Shown here: positions 35,501 to 48,376 of the stretch, in pieces
Numbering within the stretch: the first letter of the stretch is position 1
Layout: the number at the start of each line of letters is the position of its first letter
Origin: Macrostomum lignano
Taxonomy: Eukaryota
Direction: 5' to 3'
Length of the DNA: 64,000 bases
Assembly: GCA_002269645.1 (NCBI GenBank)
Contig: NIVC01003753.1
Span: forward strand, 14,842 to 78,841
Notes under the pieces: model-generated
Told to the model about the DNA's origin: nothing
Database searches by the model: none
Seen by the model: only the letters and a program-made list of their open reading frames with translations
Program-made: the position numbers and the translations under genes

Positions 35501-36562
35501 ATGTGGAGTTAAAAGTGGGGAATGGGGAATGCAAAATGTGGAGTTAGGAGTGGGGAATGGGGAATGGAAATGGAGAGTGGGGAATGTGGAAAAGAAAATA
35601 AAGATGAAAGTGAATTGGAAAGTCAAAGTACTTTGTGGTGCACTTTTAAAAGCCAAACCTGCTGCTCTTGATTCCGCTGAAATCCTTGCAGACTTTGGTG
35701 ACGATTTTCGCGCCAAGTGACAAACTTTGGATCGCGCGCCCGCTTTGGACCGTCGTCAGCATCGTTAGCGGATTCCAATGGCGCCTTGGACAGCTGCGGT
35801 TTGAAGCCATTGTACTTTGTATAGTCTGTTCCCCTGGTCAGTACCATGGATTGTTGGTCAGTACCCTGGATTACTTTTTAGTGCCCTGGATTGTTTGTCA
35901 GTACCCTGGATTGTTTGTCAGTACCCTGGATTGTTTGTCAGTAACCTGAATTGTTTGTCAGTACCCTGGATTGTTTGTCAGTAACCTGAATTGTTTGTCA
36001 GTACCCTGGATTGTTTGTCAGTAACCTGAATTGTTTGTCAGTACCCTGGATTGTTTGTCAGTAACCTGAATTGTTTGTCAGTAACCTTAATTGTTTGTCA
36101 GTACCCTGGATTGTTTGTCAGCAACCTGGATTGTTTGTCAGTACCCTGGATTGTTTGTCAGTAACCTGAATTGTTTGTCAGTACCCTGGATTGTTTGTCA
36201 GTAACCTGAATTGTTTGTCAGTACCCTGGATTGTTTGTCAGTAACCTGAATTGTTTGTCAGTACCCTGGATTGTTTGTCAGTAACCTGAATTGTTTGTCA
36301 GTACCCTGGATTGTTTGTCAGTAACCTGGATTGTTTGTCAGTACCCTGGATTGTTTGTCAGTACCCTGGATTGTTTGTCAGTACCTTGGATTGACAGCTA
36401 CAGGATTTGGTCATTAGCTATGCAAAAACAGCAAGCTCCAACCTGAAAGAGCTGGTCACTGAGCAGTAGGTTTCTAGTGGCGCCGAAGTCGCTGGAGCCC
36501 AGGTTCATAGCGCCCAGCCCGGTCCCGAAGGTAGCATCCGATTTTGTGTCGTTCTCGTTCAT
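32510..36562 (-). CDS. Uncharacterised ~713-aa protein with NHL/beta-propeller-like repeats and a Gly/Ala-rich insert; exons 36443-36562, 35659-35793, 35010-35249, 34257-34663, 33484-33868, 32510-33364
   Basis: Six open exons joined by phase-compatible GT-AG sites. Propeller-like segments VYDVCI..NLYVTNKSNIAVVSL and LKLPWRLKLHKHLLIIAE..IQIADL. Family not recognised. Confidence 0.7.
33915..34200. repeat. 21-bp minisatellite (CTGACTGCCAGCCTTCCTCCC), intronic
   Basis: Direct reading. Confidence 0.93.
35270..35590. repeat. Purine-rich degenerate repeat (GGAATGGGGA-like), intronic
   Basis: Direct reading. Confidence 0.8.
35828..36395. repeat. 20-bp minisatellite (GTACCCTGGATTGTTTGTCA), intronic
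   Basis: Direct reading; alternating variants. Confidence 0.95.
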
Positions 36563-37714
36563 AGTGGCAGATTGATGCTTCTCCAAAATTGGTTGATTTT
36601 TTGGACCAAAATTTTGCTTTTTAGACAGATTCAAATAAAAATTGGTACAATTAGTTGACACTGAAGCAAGAGCTTCAATTCAAATCATTTTTTCTTTGGT
36701 CAAACCGGTCAAAGGAAGGTTGAAAGAACCGGTTTGGCCATAGACAAAAAATCAATAGCAAAATAAAGCCTTTATTTTTGCCAGTCGATTAAAGCAGTTT
36801 TGAGAATATCAGAATAAATAAATAAAACGATTTCCAAAAAATCTTTTTAATTTTCCAGGATTGTTTCGGTTACATTAAATATTACCCCGCAAAATCGTTA
36901 TGCCTATGTTGTTTAAGAGAAAAAAATGCCTCTTTAGGAGCTGTGTTAATAAATTTTGGGAGTTGGGACCCTCGAACAAAATTATTAAAATTAATTTCAT
37001 ATTATTTATTTATTTATTTTTAGTTTATTCATTTTTTTATATTTTACTTATGAAGCTTTTACTTTCCAAATAAATATTATTTGTTGTTCAAGTAATGATG
37101 TAAACATTGCTAAGCTGTTTAATTTTTTTTAATCTTGATTTCTTAATTGATTAAAATAAGCGAACAAACAAGCAATTCAAAACATTAAATTTTGACAAAA
37201 ATTTGCACATTGCTCTACTCAAAGTAGAGAGAAAAGGCAAGCAAATATTTATTAATAAATTAAGAAAAGCACAAAAGGCATCGAAAGAAATGAAACGCAA
37301 GGCTTTACATATTTTTCAAAGGTTTTTATTGTGCTAGTGAAGGTCGAGAGACAAAAAGCAATTCAAAGAAGGGCATTCAACAGTAGAAAATAATAATTAG
37401 CGAGATCAATTGGTCTGCACGGTTCTCCTCGTTGCCATGTGGTTGCTATGCTATAGTAAGTCATTTTCTTCGTTTGATTGGCGGCAGTTGGTGCTGACGA
37501 GATGCCTGATGGGCTGATGCGGATGTGCCGGCTGATGACAGAGTGGCCCGTTCAGCTATTGACGTCTGACTCTGCGGTGCAGGGTGGCAGGGCGAATAAA
37601 GGATGTCAGGGTGTCTGCCGAAAATACTATAAGAAACTAAAATAGTGCTCGTGTACCGGGGATTGCTGTTCATAATAAAGAGCTACCTAGGAAAATTGGT
37701 CATTAGCTACACAG

Positions 37715-38590
37715 GATAATACGCAACTAGCTACCCTAGATAATAGGTCATCAGATACACCAAATTAAAAGGTTATTAGCTACCCTATAAAATAGATCAC
37801 TAGTTACCCTAGATAAAAGTCATTAGCTACCCTATATAATAAATCACTAGTTACCCTAGATAAAAGGTCATTAGCTACCCTGTATAAAAAATAGGTCACT
37901 AGCTACCCTAGATAAAAGTCATTAGCTACCCTATATAATAAATCACTAGTTACCCTAGATAATAGGTCATCAGCTACCCTCGATAAAAAGTTATTATCTA
38001 CCCTATAAAATAGATCGCTAGCTTCCCTAGATAAAAGGTCATTAGCTACCCAGGATAATCGGTCTTTAGTTACCCAGGATTATAGGTCATTAGCTAGTAC
38101 CCTATTAGTTACCCAAAATAATAGGTTACTAGCTACCCTAGATAAAAGGTCATTAGCTACCCAGGATAATCGGTCATTAGTTACCCTAGATAAAAGGTCA
38201 TTAGCTACCCAGGATAATCGGTCATTAGTTACCCTAGATAAAAGGTCATTAGCTACCCAGGATAATCGGTCATTAGTTACCCTAGATAAAAGGTCATTAG
38301 CTACCCAGGATAATCGGTCATTAGTTACCCTAGATAAAAGGTCATTAGCTACCCAGGATAATCGGTCATTAGCTACCCTAGATAAAAGGTCATTAGCTAC
38401 CCAGGATAATCGGTCACTAGCTACCCTAGATAAAAGGTCATTAGCTATCCAGGATAATCGGTCATTAGTTACTCAGGATACTCTAGGCCATTAGCTAGCC
38501 TAGATAATAGGTTAATAGCTACCCTATTAGTTTCCCTATGATAAAAGGTCATTAGCTACTCTAGATAATTGGTCAACAACTACCCAGGAT
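37715..38590. repeat. ~23-24-bp minisatellite (TAGCTACCCTAGATAAAAGGTCAT) with ~47-bp dimeric higher-order repeat
   Basis: Direct reading. Confidence 0.9.
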
Positions 38591-39332
38591 TATTAGTGAT
38601 TAGCTATGCTAAATTCTTAGCCTTAAATTGTATTATTTTCATTATTTTTCAAAAACAATAAGTGTAAGACCCGTGTAGTGTAGCGAGTAATATTAAAACA
38701 ACCCTTTTAAGGGTAGCATCGTTTTCATGCAATAAGAAAGGTTAAAAAAATTGCAAAAGTTACTTCGAACTGGTGAAAGTCTCTCTACTGACTGGCTGAA
38801 ACTCACAGAGTCTGTCTCCCTGCACCCAGTTCCCAGCTTTCCCATTCCTATCCATCCCGTCAGACCAATTCAACCCCTTGATCTCAATTCCAATTAGAGC
38901 ACAGCCAGCTTTAGCAACTCGCTCCCGCTCGCTCTCCCACTCGTTCAATCGCCCTTGCTTGACCTTTTTTACTAATACGAGCGCTTGCAGAGCCAATTTC
39001 AAGCGGCTGCTTGTTGGTCCAAGTTAGCAAACATTGAGCGGCCGAACCGCTTGCCATTGCTAAAACCCCCATCTGCCAAATAGCCGCAACCCAACTCACT
39101 GCACTGGAAACCGACTCTTTTCGCTTTCCCAGCAAGATCGTTAGCAGCAGGACTTGTGCGGACTGAACACGATAGCGGCATCGAAAAATTAGTTTGATAA
39201 AACTACAAACTGTCAAACCTGCTGAACAGTGAATAGTGGGGGAAAGCTCGTTATGAATTCATCATTATTTTAATTGCTCGGTTGCTGGCTCAACTGCCTG
39301 CTTCTATGTGTCAAATTCTAACCCTTATCTCT

Positions 39333-39545
39333 ATTCCCCACCTCTATCCCCACCTCTATCCCCACCTCTATCCCCATCTCTATCCCCATCTCTATTCCCA
39401 CCTCTATCTCCATCTCTATCCCCATCTTTATCCCCATCTCTATCCCCATCTCTATCCCCATCTCTATCCCCATCTCTATTCCCACCTCTATCTCCATCTC
39501 TATCCCCATCTTTATCCCCATCTATATCCCCATCTCTATCCTAGA
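39333..39545. repeat. 12-bp repeat (CCCCATCTCTAT)
   Basis: Direct reading. Confidence 0.93.
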
Positions 39546-40654
39546 TCTCTCTCTATCTATTACAAGCGTATGTTTTAATACATAGGAAAATTAAAAAAAG
39601 CCCAACCAGCCGATAGGTGAGAAATGATGGAAGAGTGAAAGTAGGAATAACGACGCGCGTTCGAGCCTCAAAACCCTTCATCTGGCGCATACGAGGACTA
39701 GTGCTTGGGTAAAATAGGGCAGTATTATCGTCCAGTTCGCGCGCTAAAAACCCGCCGCGGTGACAAGTAGCTGTACACTACTTACAGAAGCCACTCATTA
39801 GTATACATGCATACGATCTGTAGGAATAAGGCCCTACTGCAGCTTTGGCTGGTCCATCAATCGAACCTCGGAAGAGCCTAATGGCGGGGCTGAACAGTCA
39901 GCTGCTGTGACTCGTTTACAGCCCTGGGCATCCATCCCGCCCCCCCTCTTCAGAAAAAAGCAAAAAATGCAGTTTTAGCATTTCAGCGCGCGACGGGAAC
40001 GCAGACTGCAGCGTCTACCCGGGGAGTGAAAGGGGAGTGACAGATACGAGTAGCTGGTAGAAGTAGAATCGGGCTTGCCATGCAATTCTAATGCAGTTAC
40101 AAAGTGTCCACTTGAAGCTTGTCTTTCTTGCTAGCGCGGATCCCCATGGATGAATCAAGGAGGCCTATGAAAAGTAATCTGGAGTCTGACATTTTCTTTA
40201 AAAAAAATTATCAAACTCAGAATCAGTTAAAGAAATTGTGACAAAATCCGGGTGCTAAAATCCCGTTTCTAAAGCTCCCATAAAAAATGGAAAAAAGGGT
40301 AAGTTGTCCTGGGGCATAGAGTCTATAACAGACAGTACAATAATGCAACAGGTGTTAAGTCGCCCAGCCACTCACCGCATTGGAGTGGATAATGGAATGT
40401 TTTGTTGTTGCTTAAGCCGTTAATTAGGTGACAATTAGCTTGACGAGGTGGGCAACGCGTGGAGGTGGAAAGAATTGGCACAGCGTGCTTTTAACACCCT
40501 GTGGAAGGGTTGCATTCAGGACTCACTGCCTCCCGTTTTTTACTTTCATGGCATCCCTGTGTTAACAATTTTTTTACAGCAGGCAGGTGTATTGGCTATA
40601 CTGCAAGCGTAAAAATATTACGCTTGTAAATACATTTGCTAATCTAACAATTCG

Positions 40655-41625
40655 TTGTTCATCTAGACAATAGATTGCTAATCTAGTCAATGGATTGCTA
40701 ATCCAGTCAATGGATTGCTAATCTAGTCAATGGATTGCTAATCTAGTCAATGGATTGCTAATCTAGTCCATAGATTGCTAACCTAGTCAGTGGATTGCTA
40801 ATCTAGTCAATGGATTGCTAATCTAGTCAATGGATTGCTAATCCAGTCAATGGATTGCTAATCTAGTCAATGGATTGCTAATCTAGTCAATGGATTGCTA
40901 ATCCAGTCAATGGATTGCTAACCTAGTCAGTGGATTGCTAATCTAGTCAATGGATTGCTAATCTAGTCAATAGATTGCTAATCTAGTCCATAGATTGCTA
41001 ATCTAGTCAATGGATTGCTAATCTAGTCAATGGATTGCTAATCTAGTCAGTGGATTGCTAATCTAGTCAATGGATTGCTAATCTAGTCAATGGATTGCTA
41101 ATCTAGTCAATAGATTGCTAATCTAGTCAATGAATTGCTAATCTAATCAATGGATTGCTAATCTAGTCAATGGATTGCTAATCTAGTCAATGGATTGCTA
41201 ATCTAGTCAATGGATTGCTAATCTATTCAATGGATTGCTAATCTAGTCAATGGATTGCTAATCTAGTCAATTGATTGTTAATCTAGTCAATTGATTGCTA
41301 ATCTAGTCAGTGGATTGCTAATCTGGTTAATGGATTGTTAATCTAGTCCATAGATTGCTAATCTAGTCCATAGATTGCTAATCTAGTCCATAGATTGCTA
41401 ATCTAGTCAATGGATTGCTAATCTAGTCAATGGATTGCTAATCTAGTCAATAGATTGCTAATCTAGTCCATAGATTGCTAATCTAGTCCATAGATTGCTA
41501 ATCTAGTCCATAGGTTGCTAATCTAGTCCATAGATTGCTAATCTAGTCCATAGATTGCTAATCTAGTCCATAGGTTGCTAATCTAGTCCATAGATTGCTA
41601 ATCTAGTCAATGGATTGCTAATTTA
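40655..41625. repeat. 20-bp minisatellite (TGGATTGCTAATCTAGTCAA)
   Basis: Direct reading. Confidence 0.97.
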
Positions 41626-42107
41626 GCTCGTAGTTAATATATTTTGAATCAAGCAATCAAGAAGTAAGTCTTTTCAGTCCAGCAATGTTCTATCCAAGCT
41701 TAGACTTAAAAAACAGGAAAATATTTTGCCCAGTAGCCTGATTACCGAAGCCGACAGGTAGGGGAGGTTGTGGTGGAGGCTTTTAGTCCGGCTGAGTCAC
41801 CGGACTGACGAGCTTGCCCACGTAAGCGCAGGATTCGAAAATTTAGTTGCTAGAAATTTAATGGAAGCGCGGAACCCCAGTACAGACCCAACCCTCCCAC
41901 TAGCAGCTGGATAATGGAGTGCCAAGGCCTAAGCTGGAACACCGCGGTGAGGGTGGGTTCGAAACAAAGGCTGCACGCTGGCAGTTGTGGAATCTGAAGG
42001 TAGGAGGACGCGGGGGTCAAGCCTTACTAAAGCATGTAGCAGCATTGCATTCTGCCGACTGGGGTTGAAAGGAATTCGGCGCGCCGATACGGAAATAGAA
42101 TGGATTG

Positions 42108-43190
42108 CTAGTCTAGTCAACACCACGAATGCAATAATCCAATGGATTGCTAATCTATCCAACATCCTGGATGCAATAATCCAATGGATTGCTAATCTAT
42201 CCAACATCCTGGATGCAATAATCCAATGGATTGCTAATCTATCCAACATCCTGGATGCAATAATCCAATGGATTGCTAATCTATCCAACATCCTGGATGC
42301 AATAATCCAATGGATTGCTAATCTATCCAACATCCTGGATGCAATAATCCAATGGATTGCTAATCTATCCAACATCCTGGATGCAATAATCCAATGGATT
42401 GCTAATCTATCCAACATCCTGGATACAATAATCTAATGGATTGCTAATCTATCCAACATCCTGGATGCAATAATCCAATGGATTGCTAATCTATCCAACA
42501 TCATGGATCAATAATCCAATGAATTGCTAATCTATCCAACATCATGGATGCAATAATCCAATGGATTGCTAATCTATCCAACATCCTGGATGCAATAATC
42601 CAATGGATTGCTAATCTATCCAACATCCTGGATGCAATAATCCAATGGATTGCTAATCTATCCAATATCATGGATGCAATAATCCAATTGATTGCTAATC
42701 TATCCAACATCCTGGATGCAATAATCCAATGGATTGCTAATCTATCCAACATCCTGGATGCAATAATCCAATGGATTGCTAATCTATCCAACATCCTGGA
42801 TGCAATAATCCAATGGATTGCTAATCTATCCAACATCCTGGATACAATAATCCAATGGATTGCTAATCTATCCAACATCCTGGATGCAATAATCCAATGG
42901 ATTGCTAATCTATCCAACATCCTGGATACAATAATCCAATGGATTGCTAATCTATCCAACATCATGGATCAATAATCCAATGAATTGCTAATCTATCCAA
43001 CATCATGGATGCAATAATCCAATGGATTGCTAATCTATCCAACATCCTGGATGCAATAATCCAATGGATTGCTAATCTATCCAACATCCTGGATACAATA
43101 ATCCAATGGATTGCTAATCTATCCAATATCATGGATGCAATAGTCCAATGGATTGCTAATCTATCCGACATCCTGGTTACAATAATCCAA
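42108..43190. repeat. 42-bp minisatellite sharing the AATGGATTGCTAATCTA core with the 20-bp array
   Basis: Direct reading; 14-aa periodicity in spurious ORFs. Confidence 0.97.
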
Positions 43191-43794
43191 TCCTACACAA
43201 CGCAGCTTTATTAAATCCTCTGCAGGATTCACAGGTGTGCAGAGTTAATTTTGTACCTGACCGGGTCAAAACACCGACACCCGGGTTCGCTGATCCAGCC
43301 AAGCTTCGGTCGGGACAAAGCATCTTGTTGGGGGGGGGGGGGGTAGGTATTCACTTTTTGTTCGCTATACAGCCAGCAAGGGTGATGCGGGACCATGCCC
43401 AGATCCCCGCGCGCTTCTTGTTGACTAATGAGGCGTCCGTCGGTCAGTCCAAGATGCAGAAGGGGAATCTGGGAAGACAAGGAAGGAAGGTTTAACAGCG
43501 GCGGGGCACACTGACCCCCCCCCCTCCCAGGCAACCAACGGTGCCCAGTCCAGCCGCTGATATGGCCCGTCTGCCTGATTTTCTTTTCCTATAGCAATTT
43601 GTGCTGATGCGGAGTGACTCAACACAATCTCAGTTGAATTCTGAACTCGGGTGTCGGCCGTTGTTGGCTTTCGTTTTGTAATACATGTAGCACAAAGCTT
43701 CTATGAACAGGTCATCAGTGCGTGTGTTTCTGTTTTGTCTGTGTGTGTGTATTTGTGTGTTCAGTATGATATCTCAGTAAGTATGTACAGTAAG

Positions 43795-44335
43795 TATGCG
43801 CGCATGATCAGCCCCTCGGAAAGTGTACAGCAACTGTGTGTACATGATCAGCCCCTCGGAAAGTGTATAGGAAGTGTGTGTACATGATCAGCCCCTCGGA
43901 AAGTGTACAGAGGCTGTGTGTACATGATCAGCACCTCGGAAAGTGTACAGAGGCTGTGTGTACATGATCAGCCCCTCGGAAAGTGTATAGGAAGTGTGTG
44001 TACATGATCAGCCCCTCGGAAAGTGTACAGAGGCTGTGTGTACATGATCAGCCCCTCGGAAAGTGTACAGCAACTGTGTGTACATGATCAGCCCCTCGGA
44101 AAGTGTATAGGAAGTGTGTGTACATGATCAGCCCCTCGGAAAGTGTACAGAGGCTGTGTGTACATGATCAGCCCCTCGGAAAGCGTACAGGAAGTGTGTG
44201 TACATGATCAGCCCATCGGAAAGCGTACAGGAAGTGTGTGTACATGATCAGCCCCTCGGAAAGCGTACAGGAAGTGTGTGTACATGATCAGCCCATCGGA
44301 AAGCGTACAGGAAGTGTGTGTACATGATGAGCCCC
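43795..44335. repeat. 40-bp minisatellite (TACATGATCAGCCCCTCGGAAAGTGTACAGGAAGTGTGTG)
   Basis: Direct reading. Confidence 0.95.
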
Positions 44336-44751
44336 TAAGCACACACATAAGAATCCCTGTTTGTCAAAGTGAACTAGTAATGAAGGCTGCTTTCAGTGCC
44401 CCATCAAAGATGCAGAGGCAACACCAAAGTTGCTGGTATTTCCTGACTTTTCCTGTTTGCCTCAACCTTGGCAACAGGAGCAACTGCGGGCTTTAAATCA
44501 CACGTGTTTGCAGGCAGTACTAGATAACAAAGGCCAATGCTGTTGTTCCATATATCTTGTAAGGGGCCGGGTAGGTAGCTGCGAAAGAAGATAGAAAGCA
44601 ACTGACACCAAGAACGATGTTCTGAATAGAAAAGCGCCGGAAAAGTTATGACAGCCTACAAGAAAACTGCTGCTGCATTCGATGGACAAATCACTAAGGT
44701 TGTTAGCGGAAAATTACAAAGAATCTTCAAAGCCACTGTGTCTTGAAAATC

Positions 44752-45360
44752 ATCCGGGTATTAATCCCCAATTAGAGATCCCCATCATTCAGGTATTAAT
44801 CCCAATTAGAGATCCCATCATTCAGGTATTGATCCCCAATTAGAGATCCCATCATCCAGGTATTAATCCCCAATTAGAGATCCCATCATTCATGTATTAA
44901 TCCCCAATTAGAGATCCCATCATTCATGTATTAATCCCCAATTAGAGATCCCCATCATTCAGGTATTAATCCCCAATTAGAGATCCCCATCATCCAGGTA
45001 TTGATCCCCAATTAGAGATCCCATCATCCAGGTATTAATCCCCAATTAGAGATCCCATCATCCAGGTATTAATCCCCAATTAGAGATCCCATCATCCAGG
45101 TATTAATCCCCAATTAGAGATCCCATCATCCAGGTATTAATCCCCAATTAGAGATCCCATCATTCAGGTATTAATCCCCAATTAGAGATCCCATCATCCA
45201 GGTATTAATCCCCAATTAGATATCCCATCATCCAGGTATTAATCCCCAATTAGATATCCCATCATCCAGGTATTAATCCCCAATTAGATATCCCATCATC
45301 CAGGTATTAATCCCCAATTAGATATCCCATCATCCAGGTATTAATCCCCAATTAGAGATC
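44752..45360. repeat. ~34-bp minisatellite (GGTATTAATCCCCAATTAGAGATCCCATCATCCA)
   Basis: Direct reading. Confidence 0.95.
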
Positions 45361-46149
45361 AAGAGAAGCGTTTTAAAGCAGGAATAAAAGATTCTTTGGA
45401 AAGTATTTTCCTTTTTTCGAAAAGGTATAGATAATTCCGACGATGTAGCCAGAGTAGGTCTGCTTTCAGCTGCTTCTGGCACCGTTCGGGACAAGGCCAG
45501 TGCTGCGTAGAATGCGTTCACATGAGTAACAAAGGTGGGTTGAAAAGATGAAAGAAGACAGTTAGAACAAAGGCTGTAGAGAAAAAAATGCGCAAAATTT
45601 CTGGATGGGGATCTGCACAGATAACGATGGGAGAAAAGTTAAGGGTTAAAAAGAGTTCGCTTTCTGTGTCGGTCAATGTAGCCAAATTTGCGCCGGGCTG
45701 ATCGAGAGAGATTTTTGCGTCGGGGAAATTTCTTGCCGCAGCATCGAGTATTAAGTATCGGTTGATGGCCTGCGCTATGAGGGGCCCAAGATGGATGGCT
45801 GCGAGAATTGCCCTCCCAGCTAGTAAGTGAGGGGCGCTCTTCAAACACAGGCCTAACAGAATCGTCCTGACCAAGAACGGTGACGTAACCAACTGCTTTC
45901 ATATGTGGAGTTGGCTGATGTTGATCTTGGCCTTATCAATTTAATGTATATTGAATCGTGTCTGTTGTCTCTCAGCCTCTTTGCAGAGTTGCCAGTTTGC
46001 TTCTGCTGAGAGATAACGGGGATAACTGAACTGATGTCTGGCCGGAGTCAGCAGGGTGGCATTTGGTTAACAAATGCCTTGGAAATTGGAGCTAACACGA
46101 GAGGCGAAAGATTGATGCACCTGCTTATAATTATAATGATGAAGTATAG

Positions 46150-46740
46150 GCAGGTACGGGAAGAAATGAAGTGAGAGGGTGAGGAGAGAGATAGATAGAA
46201 GGAGAGAGGAGGAGAGGGGTGAGAAGGTAAGAAGAGAGGTAATTAGGAGGGGGATAGAGGGGAGAGGGGAGTGAGAAGGTAAGGAGAGAGAGTAGATAGA
46301 AGAGATATAGAAGAGAGAGGATTGTAAAAGGTTAGGAGAGAGGTAGATAGAAGGGTAGAGTGGAGAGAGGAGGGTGAGAAGGAGAGGAAAGAGGTAGATT
46401 GCAGAGTAGAGAGGACAGAGGAGGGTTAGAAGGTGAAGAGAGAGGTAGATAGAAGGGTAGAGAGGACAGAGGAGGGTTAGAAGGAGAGGAGAGAGGTAGA
46501 TAGAAGGGTAGAGAGGACAGAGGAGGGTGAGAAGGTGAGGAGAGAGGTAGATAGCAGAGTAGAGAGGACAGAGGAGGGTTAGAAGGTGAGGAGAGAGGCA
46601 GATAACAGAGTAGAGAGGAGAGAGAAGGGTGAGAAGGTGAGGAGAGAGGTAGATAGAAGGGTAGAGAGGAGAGAGGAGGGTGAGAATGTGAGGAGAGAAG
46701 AGCGTGAGAAGGTGAAAAGAGAGGTAGAAGGTGAACAGCA
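46150..46740. repeat. Purine-rich (GA) degenerate tandem repeat
   Basis: Direct reading. Confidence 0.85.
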
Positions 46741-47317
46741 GACAAAAGAGCCAGAAACGCGGTACGCAAGACGTTCAAGACTCTTGGAAAGTTGCGATCA
46801 ATGTACGAGTACAACCAAGGACCCCAATGCGAACCCCTGCAGGCTCTCAAGTGTAGATCGAGGTCTCAGTTTATATTAAAACCGCTTAGAAAGGAGGCTG
46901 GTCGATTGCATTCCCGACTCTGTTGGACGAAATAAAAGACAATTTATCCCGCTGACATGGAACCAAAAGTGGAAATTTTCCGAGGTTCGGAATTGGGCTG
47001 GGCAATGTTTATGCAGTAACTCTGCACAGTTAGGAAGCTGTGGCGATGAAATCGAGTTTTTTTTAAAGGTGACGCATGACGATTCGATTTAAGCGTCTCC
47101 ATCAGGGAGAAAGAGACTGGGGAGGGCCGGCCTTTGGCTGGCAAAAGCTGCACTTTTTCTGCTCCATCTTAGAATGCCTCCCAATTCAGTTTGCGTAAAT
47201 TGTAAATAAACAGCTTGGCAATGCTGGATTGCCGATAAACAGCAATGTGCTTTTACGAGATACTCTATTTAAGTACCTGAATTCAATGGCCGATCCAGGC
47301 AGGTCAAGGGAGTCAGC

Positions 47318-47700
47318 TGGTATTGGTGAGATAGAACTGGGATGGTATTGGTGAGATAGAACTGGGATGGTATTAGTGAGATAGAACTGAGATGGTATTG
47401 GTGAGATAGAACTGGGATGGTATTGGTGAGATAGAACTGGGATGGTATTGGTGAGATAGAACTGAGATGGTATTAGTGAGATAGACCTGAGATGGTATTA
47501 GTGAGATAGAACTGGGATGGTATTAGTGAGATAGAACTGGGATGGTATTAGTGAGATAGAACTGGGATGGTATTAGTGAGATAGAACTGGGATGGTATTA
47601 GTGAGATAGAACTGGGATGGTATTAGTGAGATAGAACTGGGATGGTATTAGTGAGATAGAACTGGGATGGTATTAGTGAGATAGACCTGAGATGGTATTA
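47318..47700. repeat. 25-bp minisatellite (GGTATTAGTGAGATAGAACTGGGAT)
   Basis: Direct reading. Confidence 0.95.
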
Positions 47701-48376
47701 AGAAAGCAGTTTCCAGGAAATAAAACCGACGGACAGGAATTTGGCACCAATTTAAACAGACTTTCTCGCCAAGCGCTACGGTAGCACAGATTGACAGGCA
47801 GGTGTGTGTGGGGTGGGACATGCACATGCCTTAGCAACTAAACTAGCGCAAGCAAGTCCTCGAATTGACCTCGCCACAAGCAATACATTCGAATTTATCC
47901 ATTCATGCGTGCATTTCCGCAGTAAGCTTAGCCCCCCCCATAAGTCAAAGCCAAGCTAGAGAGAGAGAGAGAGGGCACCTCTGCTGGAACCCGTTTGCCC
48001 GTCTAGCTGTGCAAGTGTGTAACAGTAGTAAGTCCGCGGCCAGTGCTTGACAGTCATTGGCCCGCCCCAGTCCATCCTGCCCCCACCTCAAACCCCCTGA
48101 CCGCTCCGGGGGCTGAAGGGATCTATCCGCCTAGGAGAAAGTGAAACCCATCGCTGCGCGCGGCTTAGGTCAGGCAAAAAGACGAAGAGGAGAAACTGAG
48201 GGAAGACAGGCGGGCACGCCGACAGAAGAGGTGAAAATAGGCAGCAGTAAGTATTGTTTAGAAGGATCTCCTTCAGCAGGGCCGAAGCAACAAGCATAGA
48301 ATAAGTTCGCATGCATGAACTTGTCGCGGCTGAGAACCAGCGCTAGATTATCGTGTCCCGGATAAGAATCCGGAGC

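Noticed and set aside
41780-41845. Hammerhead ribozyme (CTGACGA ... GAAA)
   Set aside because: Stem II does not close directly onto GAAA, stem III has only 2 bp, and the C3 position overlaps stem I; the topology fails.
41929-43214. IANLSNILDAIIQW repeat ORFs resembling LRR/HEAT proteins
   Set aside because: Open on both strands, near-identical at DNA level including third positions; a 42-bp minisatellite.
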